Source of the DNA: Methanobacterium sp. PtaU1.Bin242
GTDB taxonomy: Archaea; Methanobacteriota; Methanobacteria; Methanobacteriales; Methanobacteriaceae
Length of the DNA stretch: 24,739 bases
Assembly: GCA_002067565.1 (NCBI GenBank)
Contig: MVQZ01000344.1
Span: 1 to 24,739, forward strand
Reading direction: 5' to 3'
Shown here: one piece after another, positions 1 through 12,471 of the stretch
Position numbering within the stretch: position 1 is the stretch's first letter
How the letters are laid out: every line of letters starts with the position of its first letter
Notes under the pieces: model-generated
The model's input: only the letters and a program-made list of their open reading frames with translations
The model's database searches: none
Told to the model about the DNA's origin: nothing
Position numbers and translations under genes: made by a program

Positions 1-71
<71 letters not shown>

Positions 72-100
72 GTGATCTTATAATTAAATACTTTACATCC

Positions 101-108
101 TATATAAA
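101..108 (-). promoter_or_regulatory. Archaeal TATA box for tRNA-Arg
   Basis: TTTATATA on the minus strand about 32 nt upstream of the mature tRNA 5' end. Confidence 0.65.
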
Positions 109-125
109 AAAGTACCTTATATAGT

Positions 126-820
126 TTACATATAAGCAGGTGATTCCTGTCCTTCTTGAACAGTGTTAGCCAGCTCTTTTAGCCGAGATTCTATTTCTTC
201 AGCTTCTTTTAGGAGAGGTTCGGCATTGATGTTTATATTTAACATCTTATTTAAACTATCTACAACACTGGCAGCTGCTCTGGGATCTGGGTACTGATTT
301 AAAACTTCGGCAAATAGACATGATGCAGGAATATTTTTAACAATGTGCCTGAAAGTCCATTTACATTACCAAAGGGCATAATGGGTATTCCCATATCTGC
401 TAAATTTTTGAGAGCTTCCTGGGAGTTAGCTGCGCCAGCTATACCTCCACTTTTTTCTCTTACTACTATACTGTTGAAGGTTATAATCTCTTTGCTGTTA
501 TTTTTTTCTGCCCAATCCACTATGGCATTCGCCATGTCATAAGCCACAATGGGTGGTATTATGAAATCAGATAAGAACAGAACGATCCCATCGGTACTGT
601 ATACTCTGAATGGGTGAATTGCCACACCTTTATATAATACAGCCAGCGGTGGAAAATATTTGGAGTCTATATGTCCTATTTGCTCCATTTTAAGCTCCTC
701 CACCAGTAACCATCCTAGAATATTCCCGATAAGTCCCAGTTCTGGTGATCCTTCCAGTATCACAGCATCTTCAACGTCTTCTGAAATTATTTTACAGCAT
801 TCTACTTCTGTTTCTACCAT
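126..820 (-). pseudogene. PAC2-family proteasome assembly chaperone/activator (PbaA/PbaB-like), frameshifted near 334-341
   Basis: N-terminal frame has [27 protein letters not shown] and NGLSGTLL. The family C-terminus [26 protein letters not shown]...[16 protein letters not shown]...SPAYM* is in the -1 frame and ends at TAA 126-128. Start is ATG 820 or 829. Confidence 0.8.
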
Positions 821-821
821 T

Positions 822-1229
822 TTAACCATTTGGTGCACCCCCTGCACCTCCAACATTCTTACCATTCTGCGGATCTATGTAAATTTCTCCCACGATGGTA
901 TTGTTTAATATAACCGGCACAACATAGACCAGTGCACCACCAACTGTCTTCAACTCGGGCATGCCTGCCGTTGCTCCTGGTTCTTCAATATATTTCTGTG
1001 CTATTAATTTTGCCTCCTCTGCTGTCACATTCACATTAACGCCTCCTGAAGATGGCTGCTCAAATAAAAGAGATGTTCCGTTTGAAGATCCTTGATCTGT
1101 GGTAATTGTTTCTTGAGAACTAGGGGATGGTGAAGGTTCTGACGAGCTGTTAGAGATTTGATAGCCAACAGCTGTCGCGCCCATTAGGATCACTATGATC
1201 AGTGATAATAATATTTTGTTATTTATCAA
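822..1229 (-). CDS. Secreted or membrane-anchored PepSY-like domain protein
   Basis: TTG start, N-terminal hydrophobic helix, Ser/Pro/Thr-rich linker, then [13 protein letters not shown]...VYVVPV...[11 protein letters not shown], a PepSY-type pattern. Confidence 0.7.
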   Translation of the reverse strand: MINNKILLSLIIVILMGATAVGYQISNSSSEPSPSPSSQETITTDQGSSNGTSLLFEQPSSGGVNVNVTAEEAKLIAQKYIEEPGATAGMPELKTVGGALVYVVPVILNNTIVGEIYIDPQNGKNVGGAGGAPNG

Positions 1230-1684
1230 TTAGCTCACATCAAATGGTTATTTTCATAAAACATCCATATCTTATTGATTTAGTTTTATAATAAGCCATC
1301 TATAACTTCCTATCTAATTTAATTTGGTTCAAAAGTTTTTTGTAAGATGTGTGGGATTAAATTGTTTCTGTATATGAAATTATGGTTAAAATAGTTTATA
1401 AAATTTTACTATTAATTAGAATATCACTTTATTTCTGGTTTAATTATTCTTAATTATCTAAAATTATTCGATTATCATTATAGCGAATATTTTACTAATA
1501 AATGTTTAAAATAATGGATGTTAATAATTAATTTTTGAAATTTATTTGGATGGAATTTCCGAATACATCATTGGTCATAATCAAGTTGAATTTGTAGATT
1601 CTGTTTGACAATGGTGTTGATATGTTATATATAGATACTATTTTTAATTATTTTATAGTATTTATAATTTTCACTTTATCTTCT

Positions 1685-1710
1685 AAAGAAAAGCTTATAA
1701 TTATATATAA
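1685..1710 (+). promoter_or_regulatory. Candidate BRE/TATA promoter of the frh operon
   Basis: Purine-rich AAAGAAAAG followed by CTTATAATTATATATAA about 50-70 nt upstream of frhA; SD GAGGTGA at 1747-1753. Confidence 0.45.
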
Positions 1711-1758
1711 TAAATTGAGATACTGATGTTCATTATATAAAAACAAGAGGTGATACAT

Positions 1759-2976
<1,218 letters not shown>

Positions 2977-2986
2977 GGGAATTAAT

Positions 2987-3457
2987 ATGGCATTTGATGC
3001 AGAGATTTTAGTCATAGGCTGTGGAAACATCTTATTTGAAGATGACGGATTTGGACCAGCAGTAACAGAAGCATTGGAAGAGTATTTCAAGAAACATGAA
3101 CTTCCAGATAACGTTATGATCCTGGATGCAGGAACCAGTGGCCCATTTTATATTTTCAGCTTACCGAATGAACTATGGAAGAAACTGATAGTGGTAGACG
3201 TAGTAGAATTCGGAGCAAAACCAGGGACTATTAGGATATTCGATGTAAGCGAATTACCGGAAGGATCATACGAGAATGTACATTCTTGGCCAGTAAACCA
3301 ACCATTGCATGAATTAAGCGAAAAAGTTGAAGTTGTGGTTATTGGATGCCAGCCAGAATCTGTCTCTGCACCTGACGTTAAGTTAGGCTTAACCAAAAAT
3401 GTTGAAGATGCCATTCCAAAGGCCATTGAGATCATTTTAAAAGAAATAGGGGTCTAA
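2987..3457 (+). CDS. frhD: F420 hydrogenase maturation endopeptidase (delta)
   Basis: [26 protein letters not shown] and NVHSW motifs of HybD/HycI proteases; lies between frhA and frhG. Confidence 0.96.
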   Translation: MAFDAEILVIGCGNILFEDDGFGPAVTEALEEYFKKHELPDNVMILDAGTSGPFYIFSLPNELWKKLIVVDVVEFGAKPGTIRIFDVSELPEGSYENVHSWPVNQPLHELSEKVEVVVIGCQPESVSAPDVKLGLTKNVEDAIPKAIEIILKEIGV

Positions 3458-3461
3458 GCAA

Positions 3462-4250
3462 ATGTTAGCCCGTATTAAAGAATTTTTAGGAATGGAATCA
3501 AAACCAAAAGAAGTAGCTTCAGAACAGGAGGTTGAAAAAGTGGCGGAAGAAAAACCTAAACCAAGAATTGGATACATCCACCTTTCAGGATGTACCGGGG
3601 ACGGAATGTCATTAACTGAAAATTACGACATTTTAGCGCCTTTACTCACAGAAATGATTGATATAGTTTATGGACAAACTTTGGTGGACCTATGGGAAAT
3701 GCCAGAAATGGATATAGCCCTGGTAGAAGGTTCTGTTTGTCTGCAAGACGAACACAGCATGCATGAATTAATGGAAGTACGGGAAAAAGCAGGTCTTGTA
3801 GTGGCTTTCGGTTCCTGTGCAGCAACAGGCTGTTTCACCCGATACTCACGAGGAGGACAACAAGCTCAGCCCAGCCATGAATCATTCGTGCCGATTGCTG
3901 ATATAGTTAAAGTGGATCTGGCCATACCAGGATGTCCACCATCACCAGAGATAATTGCTAAAACAGTTGTGGCAGCAATCAATGGAGATATGGATTACCT
4001 GCAGCCTATGATGGATTTAGCTGGATACACCGAAGCTTGTGGATGCGATCTACAGTACAAAGTGGTGAACCAGGCTCTATGTATAGGATGTGGGACCTGT
4101 GCCATGGCCTGTCAAACCAGAGCACTCACCATGACCAACGGTCGGCCAGAACTGAACAGCGCAAGATGTATAAAATGTGGAATATGCTACGTCCAGTGCC
4201 CGAGAAGCTGGTGGCCAGCAGATAGAATTAATAAGGATTTAGGGTTATAG
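3462..4250 (+). CDS. frhG: F420 hydrogenase small (gamma) subunit
   Basis: SGCTGD, GSCAATG and PGCPP motifs, plus a C-terminal 2x[4Fe-4S] ferredoxin ([23 protein letters not shown]). Possible alternative GTG start at 3540. Confidence 0.97.
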   Translation: MLARIKEFLGMESKPKEVASEQEVEKVAEEKPKPRIGYIHLSGCTGDGMSLTENYDILAPLLTEMIDIVYGQTLVDLWEMPEMDIALVEGSVCLQDEHSMHELMEVREKAGLVVAFGSCAATGCFTRYSRGGQQAQPSHESFVPIADIVKVDLAIPGCPPSPEIIAKTVVAAINGDMDYLQPMMDLAGYTEACGCDLQYKVVNQALCIGCGTCAMACQTRALTMTNGRPELNSARCIKCGICYVQCPRSWWPADRINKDLGL

Positions 4251-4262
4251 GAGGATGTGAAA

Positions 4263-5150
4263 ATGGTATTAGGAACATACAAACAGGTTGTTACTGCAAG
4301 ATCAACTGATAAGCAGATCCAAAAAATTGCCCAAGATGGTGGAATTGCATCCGCTCTCCTATGCTTTGCTCTTGATGAGAAAATCATAGACGGTGCTGTG
4401 GTAGCTGGACCATCCGAAGTAATGTGGAAACCAGAACCAACAGTAGCCCTAACTTCTGATGAAATTCTAGCTGCAGCAGGAACTAAATACACCTTCTCAC
4501 CAAACGTGTGGATGTTGAAACAAGCAGTAAGACAATATGGTCTTGAAAAAGTCGGTACTGTTGCTATTCCCTGCCAGACTATGGGTATAAGGAAAATGCA
4601 GTCATACCCATTCGGTGTGAGATTCCTTGCAGATAAAATAGCACTCTTAGTAGGTATTTTCTGTATGGAAAACTTCCCATATGAATCACTCAGAACTTTC
4701 ATCTCAGAAAAAGCCGGTGTTGACTTCGATTTAGTGGAAAAAATGGATATTGGTAAAGGAAAATTCTGGATACACACCCAGGATCAGGTCTTAACCATAC
4801 CACTAAAAGAAACCCATGGATACGAACAGAACGGATGCAAAGTCTGTCTGGACTACGTTTCAGAATTGTCAGATATAGCCACAGGTTCAGTAGGATCACC
4901 AGATGGTTGGTCCAGTGTATTCGTCAGAACAGATGGCGGTGACACCATATTCAAACAGGCATTAGAAGCCGGAGCAATTGAAGCCAAAGCAATAAATGAA
5001 GGTAAATTTGGCCTGGAAATGCTCACTAAACTCTCAACACAGAAAAAAGAGAAAGCAATGAAAGTCATCGATGAGCGAAAAGCCATGGGACTACCAGTTC
5101 CATTCAAAGCCAGCAGTGAGAAAGAAGGCGATCCATTAGCCAACGTGTAA
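4263..5150 (+). CDS. frhB: F420 hydrogenase FAD/F420-binding (beta) subunit
   Basis: [37 protein letters not shown] and [13 protein letters not shown] at 4263 follows a GGAGGA SD. Confidence 0.97.
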   Translation: MVLGTYKQVVTARSTDKQIQKIAQDGGIASALLCFALDEKIIDGAVVAGPSEVMWKPEPTVALTSDEILAAAGTKYTFSPNVWMLKQAVRQYGLEKVGTVAIPCQTMGIRKMQSYPFGVRFLADKIALLVGIFCMENFPYESLRTFISEKAGVDFDLVEKMDIGKGKFWIHTQDQVLTIPLKETHGYEQNGCKVCLDYVSELSDIATGSVGSPDGWSSVFVRTDGGDTIFKQALEAGAIEAKAINEGKFGLEMLTKLSTQKKEKAMKVIDERKAMGLPVPFKASSEKEGDPLANV

Positions 5151-5185
5151 AGGGATAAATTCCCTTTATTTTATTATTTTTTTTA
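5148..5185 (+). terminator. frh operon terminator (hairpin plus oligo-T)
   Basis: TAAAGGGA-TAAAT-TCCCTTTA 8-bp inverted repeat overlapping the frhB stop, followed by T tracts. Confidence 0.7.
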
Positions 5186-5331
5186 ATAGAACAAATTTTT
5201 TGTTATATTTTAAAATTAATTTTTGCCCCTTTTAATCAATTCATTTAGTCATTCAAGTTTCAATTTAAATAATAATTAATTTTTTCTAGAATGGCGTATA
5301 GATGAGTAACTTCTTAAAATTTCTTAGAATT

Positions 5332-6261
5332 TTATTGGGTGATTATTTCACAGCCATCAGATTCTACAATGACAGTATGCTCAGCCTGTGCCACACGAGC
5401 ACCGCTTTTTTCAGTTAAAACATGATAAGGATACACGGCTCTGGAAGAGATAAGCTGTCGCATGGCCAGATTAAACTGCCGGCCCTTAAAGCCTTCTTGA
5501 AGCCATCTGCCTGCAAAGGGTAGATTTTTGTAATTTAGTTCAATTTGTTGCAGTAATTTCCTGGCCTGTACCATACGCAATGGTCTATCCCTCAAAAACC
5601 GGAAGATGTATGCATCCTTCATATCGGTCACTCTACCCACACCATTGGTTACAAAAGGTTCTATGGCTAAAACATCACCTTCAACTATTTTACGGCGATT
5701 TTCCTCATTAATGTTAGGTATGGATAGGCCAGAATGTAGTATCCAACGGTCCATGCTGTGTCCGGTCAGATTTGAAACAGGCTTAAGGTTTTTAGCAGTC
5801 ACGGTTTCCTCAACCACTTTACCAATTTCTCCCACATTAACACCATCTTTTACGGTGCTTATTGCATTTTCAAGAGCTTCCTGGGCAGTTTCAATCATTT
5901 TAAATTGCAGTTCCAATTCTTTCTCAGAAAGCGGCAGATCAGTAAAATCTGATGTTTCTCCCTTAACCACAACTGTTACTGCAGAATCGGCAATGTATCC
6001 GTCTACATGAGCTCCTAAGTCTATTTTAACCAGGTCACCCTTTTTTAGGAGGGATTCATCATTAGATGGTGATGTGTAGTGGGCAGTAACCTCATTTATT
6101 GAGATATTACAAGGAAATGCAGGTTCACCTCCCATTTTCTTTATTTCATGTTCCACAAATTCTACTAAGTCTAATACTTTGAGATTCTCTTTGACTTTTT
6201 TTATAGCCATTGCTCTGACTTTTGAAACAATTTCACCGGATTTTTTGTACATTTCAACCAT
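5332..6261 (-). CDS. map: Methionine aminopeptidase, type II
   Basis: [40 protein letters not shown] and AQAEHT metal-binding motifs, with the type II helical insert. Confidence 0.97.
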   Translation of the reverse strand: MVEMYKKSGEIVSKVRAMAIKKVKENLKVLDLVEFVEHEIKKMGGEPAFPCNISINEVTAHYTSPSNDESLLKKGDLVKIDLGAHVDGYIADSAVTVVVKGETSDFTDLPLSEKELELQFKMIETAQEALENAISTVKDGVNVGEIGKVVEETVTAKNLKPVSNLTGHSMDRWILHSGLSIPNINEENRRKIVEGDVLAIEPFVTNGVGRVTDMKDAYIFRFLRDRPLRMVQARKLLQQIELNYKNLPFAGRWLQEGFKGRQFNLAMRQLISSRAVYPYHVLTEKSGARVAQAEHTVIVESDGCEIITQ

Positions 6262-6555
6262 AAAACCACATAAATTTTTTGATATTTTAAAGTATCTAAT
6301 AAAATATAATTCTTATTTAAAACTATTTTGTAAATAGATATATTTGATTTATCCACAAAATAAATAATAATTCCTAAAAATATATGGACAATTATAATAG
6401 CATAAGTAATTTTCACTAAAGAGGAAACAAATGTTTTTATTTGGGGTGATGTATAATGAGGGAGCCGCTGAAGCATGAAAATTTACTTGAGGGTTATTTT
6501 TTGGATTAATTTTTATTTTGAATTTAAAAAAACCTATTTTAGATGGATTGAATAA

Positions 6556-6563
6556 TTTATATA
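6556..6563 (+). promoter_or_regulatory. Archaeal TATA box upstream of the coiled-coil gene pair
   Basis: TTTATATA about 35 nt before ATG 6598. Confidence 0.5.
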
Positions 6564-6597
6564 GGAGCAGAGATAATATAATATCGGGGATATTATT

Positions 6598-7059
6598 ATG
6601 GCTGATGTAATCACAATTCCAGAAAATATTTTTTATATAATAATTGCCATTATTGCAGTAGTAGGTATTATAGTGGCACTTATGCAATGGCGAAGAGTAA
6701 GAGAAGCACAAAGTAACATTCAGTTTCTTGAAAGGCAGGCTGAGCTCAGGAAGATAGAACTTATAGAGAAGGATCTGGAATCCAAGCGTATGATGGAAAA
6801 TGTGATTCCACTACCTAAAGAACAGCAGGAAAGACTTTCTGAAATCCGTAAAAACACATCCGACCTCATGCACAAAGCCGGCTATCTTCACAGTGAAATA
6901 AACGAAAGAGTAACCCGTTTGGAAGCTCAAACCGAATATCTGAAGCTACAAAAACTACTGCAGGACATAGATAAAAAGGAAAAAGAACTGGATAAAAAGA
7001 CCAAACCTACGGAAAAAGAAGATATTCAGGCTATTAAAGGAATTAAAGGTGGTAAATGA
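6598..7059 (+). CDS. Hypothetical single-TM coiled-coil protein
   Basis: N-terminal TM helix [21 protein letters not shown] followed by charged heptad-rich helices; overlaps the next gene by ATGA. Confidence 0.85.
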   Translation: MADVITIPENIFYIIIAIIAVVGIIVALMQWRRVREAQSNIQFLERQAELRKIELIEKDLESKRMMENVIPLPKEQQERLSEIRKNTSDLMHKAGYLHSEINERVTRLEAQTEYLKLQKLLQDIDKKEKELDKKTKPTEKEDIQAIKGIKGGK

Positions 7060-7622
7060 TCATGACTGCTCTGGAACTCTTTGCAATACTGGTTTTAGCT
7101 GGTGCAATTATTGTGTTGATATATTACTATCTGCAGGACAGCAGAGGTAATATATTTTCAAATATAAGACCTAAAAGCACGGCAAACAGCACTTCAAATG
7201 GAAGTAGAACAGTTGAAGTAACAGAAAATGAGTCAAAAGCAGCCGAAAAGATGAAAGAAGCAAGTGCCAAGGCCACTGAAACAGAGGCTAAAATGGCAGA
7301 TGGTGGAACCATGGCTGGGGTGAGTGAAAGAATGGCTGGAATGGGTGAGAAAATAAAAGGTAAGGTTCCTATTAGCACAGATCTTCTCTCCAACAGGATA
7401 GAAACCTTTTTAAATGAGCAGAGTGACCAGCTTATTAAAGATTGGGACCTGACAACCAAATCTGATTTATCACAGTTAGAAAATAGATTTAACAAAGTTT
7501 CCAGGGACGTGGGGGAACTGGAGAAGAGATTCAACGAGTACCGGGGTTATACAAATAAAAAACTGGATAACATCGAAAAAAGACTTTCCCAACTAGAAAA
7601 TCCCGAAGAAGATTCAGAGTAA
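7056..7622 (+). CDS. Hypothetical single-TM protein with C-terminal coiled coil
   Basis: TM helix [19 protein letters not shown], low-complexity Ser/Thr/Ala/Met linker, then LTTKSDL and heptad repeats to the C-terminus. Confidence 0.85.
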   Translation: MIMTALELFAILVLAGAIIVLIYYYLQDSRGNIFSNIRPKSTANSTSNGSRTVEVTENESKAAEKMKEASAKATETEAKMADGGTMAGVSERMAGMGEKIKGKVPISTDLLSNRIETFLNEQSDQLIKDWDLTTKSDLSQLENRFNKVSRDVGELEKRFNEYRGYTNKKLDNIEKRLSQLENPEEDSE

Positions 7623-7773
7623 CAATTCAAATAATAAGAAAAGAAACGCATAAAAATTTAAATTAACTTAAATAACTAATTTTTTTTATTAATTTTGATA
7701 AATTAAATCATTTTTTTTACTCCATTAATTCATAAAAGATTAAATTAAAGCAAAACAGTAATAAAATGTCAAT

Positions 7774-7788
7774 GCAAAGCTTTATATA
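7774..7788 (+). promoter_or_regulatory. BRE/TATA promoter of tRNA-iMet (possibly also rnpB)
   Basis: GCAAAGC-TTTATATA ending 26 nt upstream of the tRNA 5' end. Confidence 0.75.
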
Positions 7789-7813
7789 CTGTAAATGGTA
7801 AACAGTCATAGTA

Positions 7814-7889
<76 letters not shown>

Positions 7890-7910
7890 TTTGTTACTTT
7901 TTTGGGTTTT

Positions 7911-8222
7911 TATGGCAAGCCGAAGGGCAGCCACCGGTTTTTACAGAACATCTGTAATCTAAACTGAGGAAACTCCACCCATCGTACAGAACCGTGATGC
8001 TGAGAAGCATCTGCTGAGAGGCAGGACACTGGAGCAGAAACGACACGTCTTCTGATGGATGATCATGATGCATCAGCGGATAGACATCAGAAGGAACGGT
8101 GAAACGGCCATTCCGCGGGATGCAAGGGCAAATACTGCTTATGAATCCTGTATGAAGCAGAGGTAGTCCGCAAAGATGAATGCTGCCAAAAACAGAAGGT
8201 GGGTTACTCCTGGCATGCCATA
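7911..8222 (+). ncRNA. rnpB: RNase P RNA (archaeal, probably type A)
   Basis: Conserved CR-I GAGGAAACTCCACCC and CR-V AACAGAAGGTGGGTTAC form the P4 pseudoknot; terminal P1 helix TATGGCA/TGCCATA; about 310 nt. Ends are approximate. Confidence 0.93.
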
Positions 8223-8511
8223 AAAATCATTAATTATTTATTTTTTTAAATTTAAAATGTAGTACTGGAAAAAAATTTGTATCAGAGATTATTTTTTTAG
8301 CTTTAACTATTAGTTGATTGGTGGAGATGTGTATCTTCTAAATCATTCTTAAAACATAACCAGAGAACTTTCATAAATTAGCAGAATACCATAATTAAAT
8401 AAATAATTCAATGGTTATTATACATTATTTTTAAACGATATTTTAAGTAAAATTAAACAAGAAAAGAAGATGATATCATAATTAATTGGAATTTGCCAAT
8501 TAATGTTAAAT

Positions 8512-9672
8512 TCAGTGACTTATAGCATCCTTCATCTTCCCAAAGAAACCCTTATCTTCGGTGTAAATCTCCTCACCACTGGCGTCTGCAAATTCTCGTA
8601 GTAATTCTTTTTGTTTAGGACTTAATTTCTTAGGAGTTATAACTTTAACTTTAACATACAGATGACCTTTACCACTCCATCGCATATGGGGCATGCCCTG
8701 CCCTTTTACACGGAAAGAAGTGCCACTTTGTGTTCCGGCGGGTATTTTTAGATTCACTGCACCATCAAGTGTAGGAACTTCAACAGTATCTCCCAGAGAT
8801 GCTTGAACAAAGCTTATGGGCATAATATATGTTAGATTCGCACCTTCACGCTTAAATAACGAGTGTTCTTTAACTCTTATGATAACATAGAGATCTCCTG
8901 GCGGTCCTCCACGCTTACCGGCATCTCCTTCACCAGGAACGCGTAAACGACTACCATCCTCCACACCAGGGGGTATTTTAATATGGATGGTGCTCTTCTG
9001 TCTAACAATGCCTTTTCCATGACATTCATTACAAGGAGTATCTATCAATTTTCCCTCACCATGACAAACACCGCATGGCCTTATGGTGGCAAATTGGCCC
9101 AGAGGGGTGTTGCTTACATGACGGACCTGTCCACTTCCACCGCACTCTGGACAGGTACGTGGATTTGTTCCGGGCTCAGCTTTTGAACCGTTACATCTGG
9201 GGCATATCTTTTTATGAGGCACTTCAATATCCTGTTCCACTCCAGTGGCAGCATCTTCCAGTGTGATATCTAAGTGATAGGCAATGTCATCTCCCTGACG
9301 AGGGCCGTTTCTTCTTCCTCCTCCAAAGCCAAATAGGTCGAATATGCTCTCAAAGCCCGCACCTCCGCCGGAACCTCCTCCGAATCCGAAGCCTTTGAAT
9401 ATATCTTCGAAGTTTATGTTGTTGAATATGTCTTCCTGGGAGAATCCGCCCATTCCTGCATGTCCATATTGATCATAGGTATGTCTTTTTTCCTCGTCGG
9501 AAAGCACAGCATAGGCTTCGCTAATTTCTTTAAACTTCTCTCCACTTTCCGGATCTTCGCTAACATCGGGGTGGTACTTCATAGCCAGCTTACGATAGGC
9601 TTTCTTTATTTCTTTTTTATCAGCACCCTTCTCTATCCCCAGAACTTCGTAGTAGTCACGTTTTTCTGCCAT
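8512..9672 (-). CDS. dnaJ: Chaperone DnaJ (class A)
   Basis: J domain with HPD, G/F-rich region, four CxxCxGxG-type zinc-finger repeats and C-terminal domain. Confidence 0.98.
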   Translation of the reverse strand: MAEKRDYYEVLGIEKGADKKEIKKAYRKLAMKYHPDVSEDPESGEKFKEISEAYAVLSDEEKRHTYDQYGHAGMGGFSQEDIFNNINFEDIFKGFGFGGGSGGGAGFESIFDLFGFGGGRRNGPRQGDDIAYHLDITLEDAATGVEQDIEVPHKKICPRCNGSKAEPGTNPRTCPECGGSGQVRHVSNTPLGQFATIRPCGVCHGEGKLIDTPCNECHGKGIVRQKSTIHIKIPPGVEDGSRLRVPGEGDAGKRGGPPGDLYVIIRVKEHSLFKREGANLTYIMPISFVQASLGDTVEVPTLDGAVNLKIPAGTQSGTSFRVKGQGMPHMRWSGKGHLYVKVKVITPKKLSPKQKELLREFADASGEEIYTEDKGFFGKMKDAISH

Positions 9673-9917
9673 ATGATCTTTACCTTTGAATTTATAATAA
9701 TTAAAATGAATTTATCCAATTTTTAAATTTATAATTTATATAGGCCTTCTATTCTCTTAAATCATAAATTATTGCATTAATTTATATTAAATAATTTATA
9801 TTTAATTTCCACCACAATATGTTAAAAAGATTATTTTTACTAAATTAATCTTTAACTAATTAACTTATAATATTTAAAAAAATTTAAATCGTAATCATTT
9901 TTGTAAACATTCTGATT

Positions 9918-9977
9918 AATAGGGGGTAGTGAGGTTTAATTATCATTTATGAATGACTTCCTCACTATTAACCTATT
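9918..9977 (-). other. Imperfect long stem-loop in the dnaK 3' region
   Basis: Nested arms AATAGG/CCTATT, TAGTGAGG/CCTCACTA and TCATT/AATGA starting 15 nt after the dnaK stop. Confidence 0.55.
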
Positions 9978-9992
9978 TTTTATGTATTGAAT

Positions 9993-11852
9993 TTATTTTT
10001 TGACTTCGTAGTCGGCATCTACAGTATCATCATCGCCTTTAGTGTCCTGATTGGTTTGCTGGTCTTGAGCTTGTTGTTGTGCCTGTTCTTGCTGAGCCTG
10101 CTGGTATATGGCAGCACCAACTTCCTGAACAGCTTTGGTAAGCTCTTCAGTTTTACTCTTAATCGCAGCCAGGTCATCACCACCAATCAGTTCCCTCAGT
10201 TCTTTAACCAGTCCTTCAATTTTGGATTTTTGGTCAGGATTTACTTTATCTCCTAATTCATCGATGGTTTTTTCAGAGGTGTAAATCATGGAGTCAGCAT
10301 TATTCCTGATCTCTATTTCCTCCTGTTTTTTCTTATCATCTTCAGCATGCATTTCTGCTTCCTTAACTTTCTGATCTATTTCATCTTTTGAAAGCTTATT
10401 AGGGGCTGTTATGGTTACTCTCTGTTCTTTACCAGTGCCCATGTCTTTAGCCGATACATTCATAATACCGTTAGCGTCGATATCGAAGGTAACTTCAATC
10501 TGAGGCATTCCTCTTGGCGCTGGAGGTATCCCCACTAGCTGGAATCTTCCCAAGGTGGTGTTTCCGGTGGCCATGGATCTTTCACCTTGCAGCACATGTA
10601 TATCCACAGAGGTTTGATTGTCTGCAGCAGTGGTAAAGACCTGACTTTTTTTGGTTGGTATGGTGGTGTTTCTGTCAATTAATTTGGTGAAAACTCCTCC
10701 CAAGGTTTCTATACCTAAAGAAAGCGGAGTGACATCTAGTAAAACCAGATCTTTTATTTCTCCAGCAAGCACACCTCCCTGAATAGCTGCTCCCACAGCC
10801 ACACATTCCATGGGGTCTATTCCTCTTTCAACAGGTTTTCCTATGTAGTCTTCCACGAATTTCTGGACGATAGGCATCCTGGTTGGCCCTCCTACAAGAA
10901 TTATTTTATTCACGTCGGATTTGGTCATTTTAGCATCAGAAATAGCCTGTTCCAAGGGTCCTGAACATTTTTTGATGATGGGATCCACCAGTTCTTCCAA
11001 TTTGGCCCGGGTTAAAGTCTGGGTAAGATGTTTAGGCCCTTCCTGGGTAGCTGTTATAAATGGCAAGTTGATGTCAGCGGTTAGGGTAGTAGAAAGTTCT
11101 ATTTTTGCCTTTTCAGCTGCTTCACGGAGTCTTTGCACGGCTTGGTCGTCGTTCATGAGGTTTACGCCGGTTTCCTTCTTGAACTCTTCTGCCAGGTAAT
11201 TCATTACCACAGCATCCATGTCGGTTCCACCTAATTTAGTGTCTCCACTGGTAGATTTAACTTCAAAAACTCCTCCACCAAACTCCATAATGGTAACGTC
11301 TAGAGTTCCTCCTCCAAAATCGAATACTAATATTTCTAATTCTTCTTCGGATTCTTTATCAATACCGTAAGCCAGGCTGGCCGCTGTTGGTTCGTTTACT
11401 AACCTTACTACTTCTAAACCTGCAATGGTACCTGCATCCTTGGTAGCGGTTCTCTGGTTGTCGTCAAAGTAGGCAGGAACAGTTATTACTGCCTTTTTCA
11501 CTTCTTCTCCTAGAAATGCTTCGGCGTCTTTTTTAATTTTCTGCAGGATAAAAGCAGAGATCTCCTGGGGAGTATATTGTTTACCCATTACATCTACTTT
11601 ATAACCGGTACCCATCTGCCTTTTAATGGCGGTTATGGTGTGTTCTGGGTTGGTTACTGCCTGTCTTCTGGCTGGTTCTCCCACTAATTTTTGTCCATCT
11701 TCTGTAAAAGCAACGTAGCTGGGGAATGATTTACCGTATTGTGTGGCTCCTTCTGCGCTGGGTATTATGGTGGGTTTTCCACCTATGAACGCTGCTGCTG
11801 CTGAGTTACTTGTTCCTAAATCTATACCTATTATCTTTTCCTTTTTTGCCAT
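9993..11852 (-). CDS. dnaK: Chaperone DnaK (Hsp70)
   Basis: [34 protein letters not shown] and [13 protein letters not shown]; acidic VDADYE tail. Confidence 0.99.
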   Translation of the reverse strand: MAKKEKIIGIDLGTSNSAAAAFIGGKPTIIPSAEGATQYGKSFPSYVAFTEDGQKLVGEPARRQAVTNPEHTITAIKRQMGTGYKVDVMGKQYTPQEISAFILQKIKKDAEAFLGEEVKKAVITVPAYFDDNQRTATKDAGTIAGLEVVRLVNEPTAASLAYGIDKESEEELEILVFDFGGGTLDVTIMEFGGGVFEVKSTSGDTKLGGTDMDAVVMNYLAEEFKKETGVNLMNDDQAVQRLREAAEKAKIELSTTLTADINLPFITATQEGPKHLTQTLTRAKLEELVDPIIKKCSGPLEQAISDAKMTKSDVNKIILVGGPTRMPIVQKFVEDYIGKPVERGIDPMECVAVGAAIQGGVLAGEIKDLVLLDVTPLSLGIETLGGVFTKLIDRNTTIPTKKSQVFTTAADNQTSVDIHVLQGERSMATGNTTLGRFQLVGIPPAPRGMPQIEVTFDIDANGIMNVSAKDMGTGKEQRVTITAPNKLSKDEIDQKVKEAEMHAEDDKKKQEEIEIRNNADSMIYTSEKTIDELGDKVNPDQKSKIEGLVKELRELIGGDDLAAIKSKTEELTKAVQEVGAAIYQQAQQEQAQQQAQDQQTNQDTKGDDDTVDADYEVKK

Positions 11853-11858
11853 ATTTAA

Positions 11859-12437
11859 TCACCTTTTTTTACAAACTTTAACTTTTGAATATTTTATTAC
11901 CTTAGAATCAAGGGTGTAACCTTTTCCAAGCTCTTCAATAATTGTTCCGTTTTCATAATCATCATGATCCTCAACCATTAATGCTTCATGTTTGAAGGGA
12001 TCGAATTTTTCACCTTCAGCACATATTTCATGCAGTCCCTCTCCTTCCAGGGTGGTTTTCAATTTTTTATAGATCATTTCTACACCCTCCTGGAGATCTT
12101 GGGATTTACCGGACTGAAGGGCCCTGCCTAAGTCTTCATATGTTTCTATTATTTTTAAAATTAGATTTTCATTGGCATATCTGATATATTCCTTTTGATC
12201 TTTTTCTGATCGTTTTTTATAATTGTCAAAATCGGCTTGAAGACGTTGAATTTGAGAATAGTAATCTTCAATCTTCTGTTCTTTCTCTTCAATGATCTGG
12301 TCTTTCTGTTTTATCTTCAGGTCCTTTTCTTCTATGATCTGATCCTTTTTTTTGATTTGAGAATCTTTTTTAAGGATTTTAGATGCCAGGTCATCCAGAT
12401 CTTTTTTTAATTTTTTTAGTTCTTGTGCACCGGTCAT
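11859..12437 (-). CDS. grpE: Nucleotide exchange factor GrpE with extended N-terminal heptad repeats
   Basis: [20 protein letters not shown] and [11 protein letters not shown] motifs; directly upstream of dnaK. Confidence 0.96.
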   Translation of the reverse strand: MTGAQELKKLKKDLDDLASKILKKDSQIKKKDQIIEEKDLKIKQKDQIIEEKEQKIEDYYSQIQRLQADFDNYKKRSEKDQKEYIRYANENLILKIIETYEDLGRALQSGKSQDLQEGVEMIYKKLKTTLEGEGLHEICAEGEKFDPFKHEALMVEDHDDYENGTIIEELGKGYTLDSKVIKYSKVKVCKKR

Positions 12438-12471
12438 TTATTCACCTTTTAAGAGGTATAAATGGATAGTA

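Noticed and set aside
330..345. Programmed -1 frameshift in the PAC2 gene
   Set aside because: No canonical X XXY YYZ slippery heptamer in frame and no obvious stimulatory structure; deletion or error is simpler.
6201..6711. ORFs 6201-6476 and 6349-6711 on the minus strand
   Set aside because: Composition (I/Y/N/F/K-rich) reflects AT-rich intergenic DNA, and both overlap real genes.
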